Below, one piece after another: positions 14,279 to 25,262 of a stretch of DNA of 64,000 nt. The translations under genes were made by a program, and so were the position numbers. The notes beneath the pieces are model-generated. The model ran no database searches. It was not told where the DNA came from and saw only the letters and a list, made by a program, of their open reading frames with translations. Numbering within the stretch: position 1 is the stretch's first letter; every line of letters starts with the position of its first letter. Origin of the DNA: Paraspadella gotoi (Eukaryota > Animalia > Chaetognatha). The stretch is from assembly GCA_051294375.1 (NCBI GenBank), contig CM119270.1:2294388-2358387 (forward strand), given 5' to 3'.

Positions 14279-14630
14279 GTAAGATTTGAAGATGGGATAA
14301 GTGTTGGGTAAGTTAATTTGGCCGAAGGAGGAAGAAGAGAGAGTGAGGGGGCGTAAGGGCGCGTCAGTTTCTTGTCGATCTGTCTGTTCGTCTCTATCTG
14401 TCTGTCTTTTTCTCTGTCTTTTCTTTCTTTTTTTTGACTGTCTTAATCACTTTGTCTGTCTCTGGCCACATGTCTTCTTTCGGTACATGATCTGTCATGA
14501 ATTCCTGTTATTCTCTCCGCTTTCTGGCAGGACCGTCAGCTTGTCTGCCCTCTCAGCCTTTTCTCTTCCGTTTGGATTTTTTCCGTCTGTCCTGTGTGTC
14601 TGTGTGTCTGTGTGTCCTGTCTGTCTGTCT

Positions 14631-14672
<42 letters not shown>

Positions 14673-15849
14673 GAGTGAATCTTTCCTTGGACTGAGGTCG
14701 TATAAACCTTGACATGGAGCCAGCCCATTGCGTTGGAGAGGAAGATAAATGTTAAACTCGTGTGAAGAATGAGAAATGGAATTTTAACAAGTGGCGAAGT
14801 TGATTTTAGAGTCCCGCACCGAATGGGTGAATCAAGTGAAGCGAGGTGTTGCAACACCGTTGGACAAACAAATCTTCTCTCTCTCCTCTCATCATTCTCT
14901 CGTCTCTTCTCTCTCGTCTCTCTCTCCTCTCTCTCTTCTCTCTTTCTCTCTCCGCTCTCTCTCTCCCACTTGCGATATATGCTTTCTCTTGATTTCTTGT
15001 TTCTGCTCATTCAGCTTTCCAGTGACACGTGCTGCCCTCGTAATTAGATTTTTCTTCTCTCTCATCTCCTTCTTGTACCACAAGATTTCGCCGCGCCTTT
15101 CGAATCACGTGATATATGCTTCGGTAACGTGACTTGGGTTTTTGTTGTTTTTGTCGTTCATTCACGTGAGGGATTTGAGCGGATCTGCTATTATTTGTAG
15201 CCGTGAGACTCAGAAAACAGAACATCATGTTGTTAGCTTTAAATTGAAAAATTCTTCGTCATTACGGGTGCAGAACTTACTGCTATAAATGTCTGTTGTC
15301 GTCTCTCTCTGCTCTCTCTCTCTCTCTCTCTCTCATCTCTCTCTCATCTCTCTCTCTATCTCATCTCCTCTGCTCTCTCCATCTCTCTCTCTGCTCTCTC
15401 TCTCGGTCGTTTCCTTCAGAATTCACATTTTCTTCGGTCCTCCAAATTCGAAGGTCAGCGAACTATGAAAAAAAGAGAGTCATACGACGCGATTTTGCGA
15501 AAGCTTAATATTGATGGAATTTTTAGTGAGACCGAATGATAAGAGGCAGTGATTTCTCAGCATCGCGCCGAGCTTAACTCTCTTTTTAACTATCCTGTTT
15601 TCTGGTGGCATGCGCGTGAACGACCTGAAAATATTTAACTGGAAAACAATTTTCTTTAAAAATCAGTGATTTGTACGAAGATGACGACGACGACGACTGG
15701 CGACGAACGACGACGAGACGACGACGACGAACGACGACGACGACGATGACGATGACGATGAGATGACTGATGACGCACGAAGGCCAATGAAGCAAGATAA
15801 CAGACGATATCACAACCAACTGAATTAATCCTTTTTTCGATCTAGACGA

Positions 15850-16010
15850 TTAATCAAACGAAGGAACTAACGAAGGAACGGAAACGAAGGAAACGAACGA
15901 ACGAAGGAACGAACGAAGGAACGAACGAAGGAAACGAAAACGTAACGAACAAACGAACGAAGGAACGAACGAACGAACTAAATGAACGAACGGTAATCGA
16001 CCGAACGAAT
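15850..16010. repeat. (GAAC)n / (GAAG)n microsatellite; (GAC)n tract at 15680-15770
   Basis: Direct reading. Confidence 0.85.
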
Positions 16011-16099
16011 GATTAAATGAAAGCGTTGAATGAAGATAAAAGACAAACGGAAACACCGATGATTTAACAAAGATATGTAACTGAATGAACATTTAAATC

Positions 16100-16290
16100 A
16101 TCCTTTGCCCTTAAAATTCTTTCTTATCTTTTATATCACTCGCTCTTAACATCTTTCACTTTAAAGTTTAAACATCCCTTACACTTTACAACCTTTGATG
16201 TTATTCCTTGCTCTAAATATTCCTTGCTCTAAATATACCTTGCCCTTTACATCCCTCGCTCTAAACCTTGCGCTTAAAACATCATCCCAC
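16100..16290 (-). repeat. Reverse-complement copy of the 5488-6062 minisatellite
   Basis: aacatccctt, atattccttgctc and aacatctttcactt are reverse complements of units at 5488-6062. Confidence 0.7.
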
Positions 16291-16338
16291 GTCTTCACCA
16301 CCCCCATCCCTCACCACCCCACCCCCCATCTCTTTCAC

Positions 16339-16701
16339 CTTAACCATCTCCACCATCTCCATCCCGAAACAGACGCCGACGAGGGTGACGCCCTGTTCCT
16401 TGCACAAAAGCGCAGCCAACCCGCAGACGACGGTGGGAAGCAGAGCGACGGCTTCTCGACAGAGGACGGAGGCCGAAAGAACAGGGGCGTCGAAGGGGCT
16501 CGAGGCCGCGCAGGGGTGTGGAGGGGCCTGCTCGTCCTCAGTTTCGTCTCCCTCGGGATCTCGGCCTTCCGTCGTCCGGGGAAATCGTCTCCAGAGAGGA
16601 TGGGGAGGAGAGGAAGGGGAGGGGGAGGAGGAGGAGCATGAGGAGGAGGAGCATGAGGGAGAGGTGGAGGAGGAGGAGCAGGAGGAGAAGGCGGCAGGAG
16701 T
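16339..16701 (-). CDS. TMTC3: TMTC (protein O-mannosyltransferase) exon with the KEQG motif, most similar to TMTC3
   Basis: tttttttccag acceptor and AAG|gtgaaa donor; 363-nt open exon ending LLPTVVCGLAALLCKEQGVTLVGVCFGMEMVEMVK, matching the TMTC transmembrane motif (recalled TMTC3 LCKEQGITVVGIC). Confidence 0.7.
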
Positions 16702-17393
16702 CTGGAAAAAAAAGAGAGGACACGAAATTACAATTTGATGTGAACCGTTTTCTCTCAAAGATGTTTTTTACCCGATTTATTTATTCATTGATTTATTTAA
16801 TTTCTATCTCGTACATTATATAAACTTTTTTAGTATTTATTTATTCATTTGTATTTGGAAGTGTGTATTGATTATTATTTTTCTTTCTTTCCCCCTTTCT
16901 TTTTCTTTTTCCCAATAATTTTCTCTTTCAAAAAAAAAATGGAAATAAAGGAATAAATTAACTTACTTTTTTCCCTCGATTAATGTTTTTGTTATTCACT
17001 CGTTTCATTTCTTTTTTATTTCATCTTAAAAAGTCAAAAGGAAAAAAAAGGTCAGGAAAAAGAAAATTCGCGAGTATCGAACTTCGGGTTCATGAATAAT
17101 TCTTGGAACCGGCGACATTTCATTCATTTTGCATTTTTTTTTTTTTTCAAATTATACATTTCAATAAAATATGTAAACTTTTTTTATGTTTTTACTTTAA
17201 TTTTAAATTTAGTCGAGTAAAACGAGTAATTTTAAATTTTCAATGAACCTTTAGATTATTTATTATTTTGGTTTGTTGACATATTTTTTTTCATTCTTGA
17301 ATTTAATAAAACCACAAAACCTTTTTCCTCGTTTGTTTATTTTTCAGATGGAGGTGTTTTTCTAATCATGGTTTTAAAAATCACCTCTCTCTC

Positions 17394-17441
<48 letters not shown>

Positions 17442-17809
17442 ATCTCTCTCTCTCTCACTCTCTCTCTCTCTCTCTCTCTCTTTCCTACCTTTTCAATTCG
17501 TCTCGACCATAAATTTTGTGAGGAGATATAATTTTCTCGTTTTTGTCCTTTTTTCATGGAATTTATCAACTGAATAAAAGAAGAAAAAGTAGCGACATTA
17601 ATTTTACTACAAAAATGTAAAATAGAAAAAGATAAAAACAAAAAACAGGAAAATGAAAAATGTAGAATTCTCAAAATCCTTAATCGATAAAGATCTTGAA
17701 AGCTACATAACTTGTTTTGAATATTTTCGTTTTGTTAGCTTACTATAGTATTATAACTATAACTATAACTATTACATCCATTAAAGAAAATCACGGTAAC
17801 GAATTTTAC

Positions 17810-17845
17810 CTTCTGAACTCGGCTCTGCGTCTTTTTCGTAGGATT
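17810..17845 (-). CDS. 36-nt micro-exon (NPTKKTQSRVQK), probably upstream of the KEQG exon
   Basis: tttttgtttttcag acceptor and AAG|gtaaaa donor; phase 0-0 joins in frame to 16701. Confidence 0.45.
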
Positions 17846-18666
17846 CTGAAAAACAAAAAGCATAGAATTTGACTTAAAGCAAAAAATGTTAAAAAATAAA
17901 TAAAAGCGGAGAGGGTTAGGGCGAGTGTGGGGGTCGCAGGGAAAAATAGGTATGGGCTCTCTTTTCCGAGAGCTTCTTTTTCTTATCCTGGAATTTTGAT
18001 TTTAACCCTAATTTTTAACCTAAATATAATCTTAAACTTGTAACCCAAATAGTTTATTAACAGTTTATTAAACATTAACCCTAATCACTAACCATAAATC
18101 CCTAATCATAAACACTAATCACTTACCTCAATCTGAATTACTATCCTTATCTTTGTATAATTTTTTTTAGATTTTTTTATGTTTTGGAATTAGTTTACAA
18201 AGTAAAGAGTTTTCATTTTAACAAAACAATTATTAATTTATTAAAAAGGTACAATACTTTGGTTTCTTGTCAAAACCTCATCAGCGCAAAAATATTTATA
18301 AAGTATAAGTGTAAAAACATCACAAATAAATCGTTGTTTTGTTAAAATAAAAACTCTCTCTTTGTAAACTACCTAATCTTAACCCTAACCTCATACTTAA
18401 TCTTTGTTTAAAAAAAAAATTAGCTTAATCTTCGGTAGATTTTATCCGAGTCGCAAATCCGATTCCATTTTTGGTTCAGATTCCATCTGCGATGCTAACA
18501 TGAAATGGGTCGTTCTTGTAAAATAAGGACTAATTAATGCGTCGCAGTTCGATGATAATTAATCGAAGTTGATTTTCGACGCGAATAGAAATTCTGGGGA
18601 AATTTATCGAAAAACTTCCTCGCGAAAAAAATCGCATTAAATCTTAATACATTTTTAATGCAGAAG

Positions 18667-18700
<34 letters not shown>

Positions 18701-18827
18701 TGTTGTTGTTCTTTGACTTCATTGACAGACGTCAACGTCTTGGTCAAGATTTAATTAAACTTTTATATTATCATATCTTTATCATCATCAGCATCGAAAG
18801 CAGCCTAATAACGATCATCTTCCTTAT

Positions 18828-18859
<32 letters not shown>

Positions 18860-18959
18860 NNNNNNNNNNNNNNNNNNNNNNNNNNNNNNNNNNNNNNNNN
18901 NNNNNNNNNNNNNNNNNNNNNNNNNNNNNNNNNNNNNNNNNNNNNNNNNNNNNNNNNNN

Positions 18960-20047
18960 GTAGTTGCTTGCTTCATCTTTGACCTTGAATGCGAGTAAGG
19001 CCAAGGGGGAGAAGGGGAAGAGAAAGAGAAATTTATTTATCATTTAATTTGGATTAATTTGGATCACTTACCTTAAAGTTACTATAAATGGCGTGTCCCC
19101 ACTCCCCCCGCTTTGGGTCATTTTTGCTCTCAGAATTTGCCCACTCGCCCTCTTTCCACCATTTCATCTTTACAATCAAATTCCATTTTCCCGTCTTGGT
19201 CAGGCTGTGTAGAGTGTCCAATCCAAGCCATATATTTCCCCCTTAAGAGAAAAATTACCATTACAATGTGGGAAATGTTATGTTGGAGAGACGGAAAAAT
19301 TATGGAAAACAAGATTAAATGATCATAAAAATGTTATTNNNNNNNNNNNNNNNNNNNNNNNNNNNNNNNNNNNNNNNNNNNNNNNNNNNNNNNNNNNNNN
19401 NNNNNNNNNNNNNNNNNNNNNNNNNNNNNNNNNNNNNNNNNNNNNNNNNNNNNNNNNNNNNNNNNNNNNNNNNNNNNNNNNNNNNNNNNNNNNNNNNNNN
19501 NNNNNNNNNNNNNNNNNNNNNNNNNNNNNNNNNTATTAATAATCCTGCTGTTTTATGGGAAAATTGTAGCTTTGTAGGAAAAGAAACAAACAAAATAAAA
19601 AGGCAAGCAACTGAAAGTTTGCATTTAAAAATTAAGAAAATCCTAACTTATAGACGTTGCTTTTGTTTTTTGTATCCAAACAATGGTTTGTATTTTAATT
19701 CTTTGTTTTTGAAGCTTTCTTGTATTTCAAGGAAACTGCACCTTTGATGAAGACAGAAGTCTTCGAAATAATGTGTTTTTCTCAATAAATAATTTTAATT
19801 TAAAACTTATTTTTCTTTAAGGCAAGCAAAGGCCAAAAATATTACAAATTCAAACTTCAAATCTTGCCAGAATGAGCTCTCTGAAAAACTGCATAATCAC
19901 TACCCATGGTCTGGAAAAACTACCTAGAAAATATTTATTGGTAGTTAAATACTTTCTCATTCTTACTTCAAACTGTTTGAAACATAGCATATCCAATAAG
20001 GTGGAACAAGGTAAAAACTAAGAGTTCTGTCATATAAATAATGTTAA
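18960..20047. repeat. Second copy of 20690-21712 (likely co-assembled haplotype or redundant contig)
   Basis: Colinear match including intron sequence; bounded by 100-N gaps. Confidence 0.85.
19072..19241 (-). CDS. Fibrinogen C-terminal domain exon, clean duplicate copy
   Basis: 170-nt phase 1-0 exon GNIWLGLDTLHSLTKTGKWNLIVKMKWW...GHAIYSNFK with a gtaagt donor; the next exon starts at 18983 (VKDEASNY) and runs into the gap. WLGL and AxYxxFxV are FReD motifs. Confidence 0.85.
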
Positions 20048-20381
20048 NNNNNNNNNNNNNNNNNNNNNNNNNNNNNNNNNNNNNNNNNNNNNNNNNNNNN
20101 NNNNNNNNNNNNNNNNNNNNNNNNNNNNNNNNNNNNNNNNNNNNNNNATTAAAAGGTTTTTGTTTTGTAAATGAAACAAACAAATACAAATATAGATATG
20201 AAACCTGACAATTTTAAAGAAATTGATGATTAGAAGCCATATATAAATTTTCAACTCCCTATGATATCACACTTTCAGAAACCATAATTGCAAAAAAGCG
20301 TGACAAAGAAGGAACCCTGAATAGATTTTATTTTTGTTGAAAATGAGATTACAGAATTTCACACAATCCGTATTTATCAAT

Positions 20382-20715
20382 TCAATCGTGAAAGATCGCC
20401 ATGATAATCTTTGAAGGAGTGAACCATTTCGTTTTGGAGGAACAATATTTTTTGTCTTCCATACCGCCCTCTTTGATGCCATGGTGACGATAGAATTCCG
20501 TCAGACCGCAATCGTTGTACCAAAATCCTCCTCTCATGATTTTGCGCGCCAATTTCCGCTGGAGACTTTGTCATTCTGTCACGATCACGCCGTTCGAGAA
20601 CATATGTTGCTATGTAGTGACCAATGAACTCCGCCCAGCCGAGATGGCAGATTGCTCGACAACGACGGAATCGGAGAAAGTCCCACTCGCGTAGTCCCTG
20701 CCTTCATCTTTGGAC
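20382..20715 (-). CDS. Last exon of the Gla-like/LDLa/fibrinogen gene (indel-rich)
   Basis: VKDE...Y, then across indels HMFS..DRD.D....NCA, followed by open MRGGFWYNDCGLTEFYRHHGIKEGGMEDKKYCSSKTKWFTPSKIIMAIFHD*; this is the FReD FST-DxDND / GGWWY-C signature. Confidence 0.85.
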
Positions 20716-20829
20716 CTTGAGATGCGAGTACAGCGCCAAGCGGGCAGAAGGGCCGTAACACAGAAAGAGAAATTCTATTTATCTTCTTTTAATTTAATTC
20801 TGGATTAATTTGAATTCTGCGATACTTAC

Positions 20830-20998
20830 CTTAAAGTTACTTAAATGACGCGTGTTCCCACATCCCCGCCGCTTTAGGTCATTTTCGCTCTAGAATGCCA
20901 CTCGCCTTTTCCACCATTTCATCTTACAATCCAAATTCCCAATTTCCCGCGTCTGGTCAGCTGTGTTAGAGTGTCCAATCCAAGCCATATATTCCCCA
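20830..20998 (-). CDS. Fibrinogen-domain exon (WLGL), error-rich copy contiguous with the rest of the gene
   Basis: Same exon as 19072-19241 with many 1-nt indels. Confidence 0.75.
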
Positions 20999-21664
20999 CT
21001 TAAGAGAAAGATATACCATTACAACTGTGGCGAAATGTTCAATGTTGGGAAGCAGACGAAAAATTATGGAAGAAACACGATTAAAATGTCATAAAAATTT
21101 ATTAATGCTAATAATTTTAGATACTCAGCTCATTCTTGAACAATTTAATTACATAATAATTATTCATATTAAATAATCACTCTGTTTTATGGGAAACAAT
21201 TGTAGCTTCTGTAGGAAAAAGATAAAAAACAAAATAAAGAGGCAAGCCAACTGAAAGTTTGCATTTAAAAATTAAGAAAAACCTAACTTATATAGACGCC
21301 TTGCTTTTTGTTATTTTTGCTATCCAAACAATTGGCTTCTGCTATTATTCTTATGCCTTTTTGAAGCTTTCTTTGTATTTCTAAGCGCAACTGCCACCTT
21401 TGGATGAAGACAGTATGTCTCGCTAAATAATGTGTTTTTCTCAATAAATAATTTAATTTTAAAACTTAATTTTTCTTTTAGGCAAGCAAAGGCCAAAAAT
21501 ATAATACAAATTCAAAACTCTCAAATCAATGCCATAATGAGCTCTCTGAAAAACTGCATAATCACTACCCATGGTCTGGAAAACTACCTAGAAAATATTT
21601 ATTGGTAGTTAAAATACTTTCTCATTCTTACTTCAAACTGTTTGAAACATAGCATATCCAATAA

Positions 21665-22114
21665 GGTGGAACAAGGTAAAAACTAAGAGTTCTGTCATAT
21701 AAATAATGTTAAAGCATCCCTGGGGATAACGAAATAAAAAAAAATTAAGATTTTATGTATAGCATTTAAAGTTTATTGTATTACTATAAATCAAATTCAG
21801 AATTTTCAAAAAGAAGCTTGCAAAAAAAAATAAAAAAAAATTAATTACAAGAATTCTAAATTTTTACTGTTTAATTGCGCTTAAAAATTCGTAGCACAAC
21901 TTTTTATGGGCTATCTGAATCGTTCTTAAAAAAAAATTTTTATAAAAATTTTTTTTCATTGCCTATGCATTTATAAATATTTTAATACTTCAATGTTATA
22001 CTGTGCTTCACTAGTTATAAAAGTGATAGTAAATATTGATTAAGTATATGATGGACAAATGAATTTCATATGACAGAACTTCTTATGATAAAAAGGGATC
22101 AAATTTAACCCGCC
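21665..22114. mobile_element. MITE-like element with imperfect inverted ends, flanked by ATAA/TTAA
   Basis: Ends ggtgg.../...ccgcc; subterminal agttctgtcatat vs atatgacagaact; pieces recur reversed at 38810-39050 and 40200-40350. Confidence 0.45.
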
Positions 22115-22230
22115 TTAATATCCAACCAACCATTTTAATAATTTAAAAAAAAGTGTCTTAGCTGAAAATCATTTGTCTTAACGGTTGAGACATGAATTTT
22201 AATTTTAAGAATGTAAAATTTAATCCTAAC

Positions 22231-22350
22231 CAAAGCTGAATGCCCTTTTGTACTTCTCCCATGTATTGCTCTCATTGAAAATCTTTGATCCACAGGTATC
22301 GAAATCGTTTGAGAGAAAAGTGATATAGGTCTTGTGATGGTGGTTTTCAA
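22231..22350 (-). CDS. Fibrinogen-domain N-terminal exon
   Basis: ttttttccag acceptor and G|gttagg donor; 120 nt, phase 1-1: ENHHHKTYITFLSNDFDTCGSKIFNESNTWEKYKRAFSF (FReD WxxYKxGF motif); joins in frame to GNIWLGL. Confidence 0.8.
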
Positions 22351-22399
22351 CTGGAAAAAAATGCATGGCCATGTTATTAAATAAATATATAGGTAAAAA

Positions 22400-22680
22400 A
22401 AAACTTAAAAGAATAGGATCGAGCCTACTTACAATGATAACCAAATATTGATGCGATGATAACCAAAGGATTGATGCGATGATAACCAAATGATTGATGC
22501 AATGATAACCAATAATTGATGCGATGATAACCAAATGATTGATGTAATAATAACCAAATGATTGATGCGATGATAGTCATTCATTGATGTGTTGATAATC
22601 ATTCATTGATACGATGATAGTCATTCATTGATGCGATTATAGTCATTCATTGACGCAATGAATCATTCATCATAAATAAA
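22400..22680 (+). repeat. Dispersed element containing a 20-bp minisatellite (gataaccaaatgattgatgc); uninterrupted copy
   Basis: The same sequence occurs split at 25135-25262 and 27651-27870. Confidence 0.85.
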
Positions 22681-23914
22681 ACAAACAAATGCGTGTATGA
22701 GTGAAAGAGAGAGAGAGAGAGAGAGAGAAAGAAAGAGAATAAATCACGAAAATCTCGGATGTAAATTTAGGATTTTGCATTGAGAAAGAGAGAGAAAGCT
22801 GGAAAGCCGCTGGAAGGCAGCTGTACAGTCAGTGCAGAGCCTGAACTCGTTTTTACAGGGTTCAGAAAAGGCAGCAACTTACAAAAATATTTTTTTTTAT
22901 TAATACCAAAAACAGTATTGACAAATCAGAAAAAGTATCAGTGTAAAAGTAAAAACTAATCTATTAAAATTCAACAAAAACAAAAGACGTTTAAATGGAC
23001 TCATGAATAAAATATTATGAACTAATTGAAAAAAAATATATATATATAATTTAAAGAAATAAAAGAAAGGGGAAAAAATGTTACAATTGTAGGGATTAGC
23101 AGTATTCGACGAAATTTTTATTTTTCTATCGGCCGAAAATAAATAGGAATTTGATTCAAAAAAACAAGGCTTTTTGAAATATTTACTGTATAGAAAATAC
23201 TAAAAGAAAAATTTTATTTTTTAAATCTAGGTAGTGTAAGGGTAAGTCTAACTAAAAATCGAAAAAGAATCTTTCAAATAAGAAAAATATTGAATAGTAC
23301 AGAAAGCAATATTTCTTTTATTGTTGCGCAAAAAACTAGCTTTCCTCGCAAAACCTCTGGTTACAGAGATGCAAATGATTTCTCTCAACAAATGATCATT
23401 CTTGATTCCAAAAATGATGCGCAAAAATGCGCCAGCAGAGTTCTGGCGATAGTCATTTTATATCATCTTTCCTATTGTATATTAAGGCCTATGAATCATC
23501 AATATGTATGAAACTGAATATAATATAATTTATATATGATCTTAAGATTTATCATGCCTTTTTTCTGCCTACAACAATATCTCCTTTGCTAAAATATACA
23601 TGATACCTATAATTATTATAATGGGTAATATCTCATTTATAGTTTTTTTTTTAACTAAGTTCAAATATAAACCTAAAGAACCATTGTTGATCCACAATTT
23701 TCTGATACTTTTAAATAAAATTGGTCCACTGACTTTTACGTGGTGTATCTTTGTTTCTTTTTATCTATGATTTGAGGTTTATTTCCGGTATTCGTTTTTT
23801 CTCTTGATTTTTAAAGAATCAAACCCGAAAAATATCGACTAGAATCGGAGATTGTACAAAAATAAAAGAGAAAAGAAAAGGAGGAAAGGGAAAGAAATGA
23901 GGGGACAAAAGTGG

Positions 23915-24500
23915 CCGCAGTTTACGTCAATTTACGCCATTCTACGCCAAAGCATCTTAACTTAATAGCTTTATTTGGGAAAATGAAAAAAAAAATTACG
24001 CCACAAAATTAAAGATATTATATGTTTTCTGTTCATTTTTACCGCCATTCTATGCGCCACATCTGTATAAAAAGGCTGGAATAAATCTTTAAAACCACTT
24101 AACCGAATAGTTTTACTAGAAAATAATCAGAAAGTCTTTACGCCACATCATGATTCATATTAAACGGTTTTTCCTTCATTTCACGCCATTTTACGCCACA
24201 ATTCTTTCCAATTTAAAATATTAACATTTAAATTTATTTAACATGAATATATTTTTCTCTTTTTTTGGAAAAAATCATTAACGGCACATATGTAACTAGA
24301 AAATAATACTTTTTGGCGTAGTTTTTACGCCACCAGGCCAACAACACGTAAAAAAAAAAAGAAATCAAATCTGAATCCAATACTACTATGTATTTTTTAA
24401 TTAAAAAAAAGCGTTTTCAAAAATTTTTGCTGAATATCCTTGACAGCCGAAAGGAGCAGAAACGTTACTCCAAATTGACGTAAATCAGTTGGCGTAAATC
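23915..24500. repeat. Element with many TTACGCCA motifs and short inverted ends
   Basis: Repeated (t)tacgcca motifs; tttacgtcaattt (23921) vs aaattgacgtaaa (~24471). Confidence 0.4.
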
Positions 24501-25262
24501 AAATATTTAAAAGTCAAACTTGAATTAACGATTAAAGTACACTTCGTTAGGCTTGATATAAGGTTTAAAACCATCGAATGAGAAATAGTATTTTTAACAT
24601 TTTTGTGCAATACCCTAACAATTGTTTACAATTTGAAATTTTTCCAAATTTTTCCAATCATAGCTTGTAAAAGATTTTATTTTTATTTGTATTAAAATTA
24701 AAATATAGCTTCTCATTAAAAAGGTCTTCTGATTTCACATGTTTTTTATTGATTCAAAGATTTTTTATGAATTTCATCTTCGATATTATTTACTGCAATA
24801 TGTAAATTAGATTAAAGCAATTCTATATAATAATTTGGATATTATATTGAGTACTATAACTCATTTGCATATTGCAGTAAATTATAATGAAATGGAAATT
24901 CAAACAAAAAATACTTGAATCCAAATGTAATATGAAAATTTTAAAGGTATTTCAAGATGAGAAGCCATATCTAAATTTTTAACTTACTATGATCGCACAC
25001 TTTTATAAAACTTCATCGTAATTCATAATAATTTTTATTTAAAAAAAAAGGTAAGTCCCAGCCAAAACTAAGCGTGACGCCGACGACAACGACGACGACG
25101 ACAATGACGTCACAAAGAAGCTTACCCGAAAAAATCTTAAAAGAATAGGATTGAGCCTCCCTTCAATGATAACCAAATATTGATGCGATGATAACCAAAG
25201 GATTGATGCGATGATAACCAAATGATTGATGCGATGATAACCAAATATTGATACGATGATAA

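Noticed and set aside
14672-14875. Complex island that looks exon-like when read backwards without complementing
   Set aside because: That reading has a stop and no recognisable protein, and reversal has no biological mechanism; left unassigned.
17990-18400. Scattered CCCTAA motifs
   Set aside because: Degenerate and few, lacking the linkers and ends of the palindromic element.
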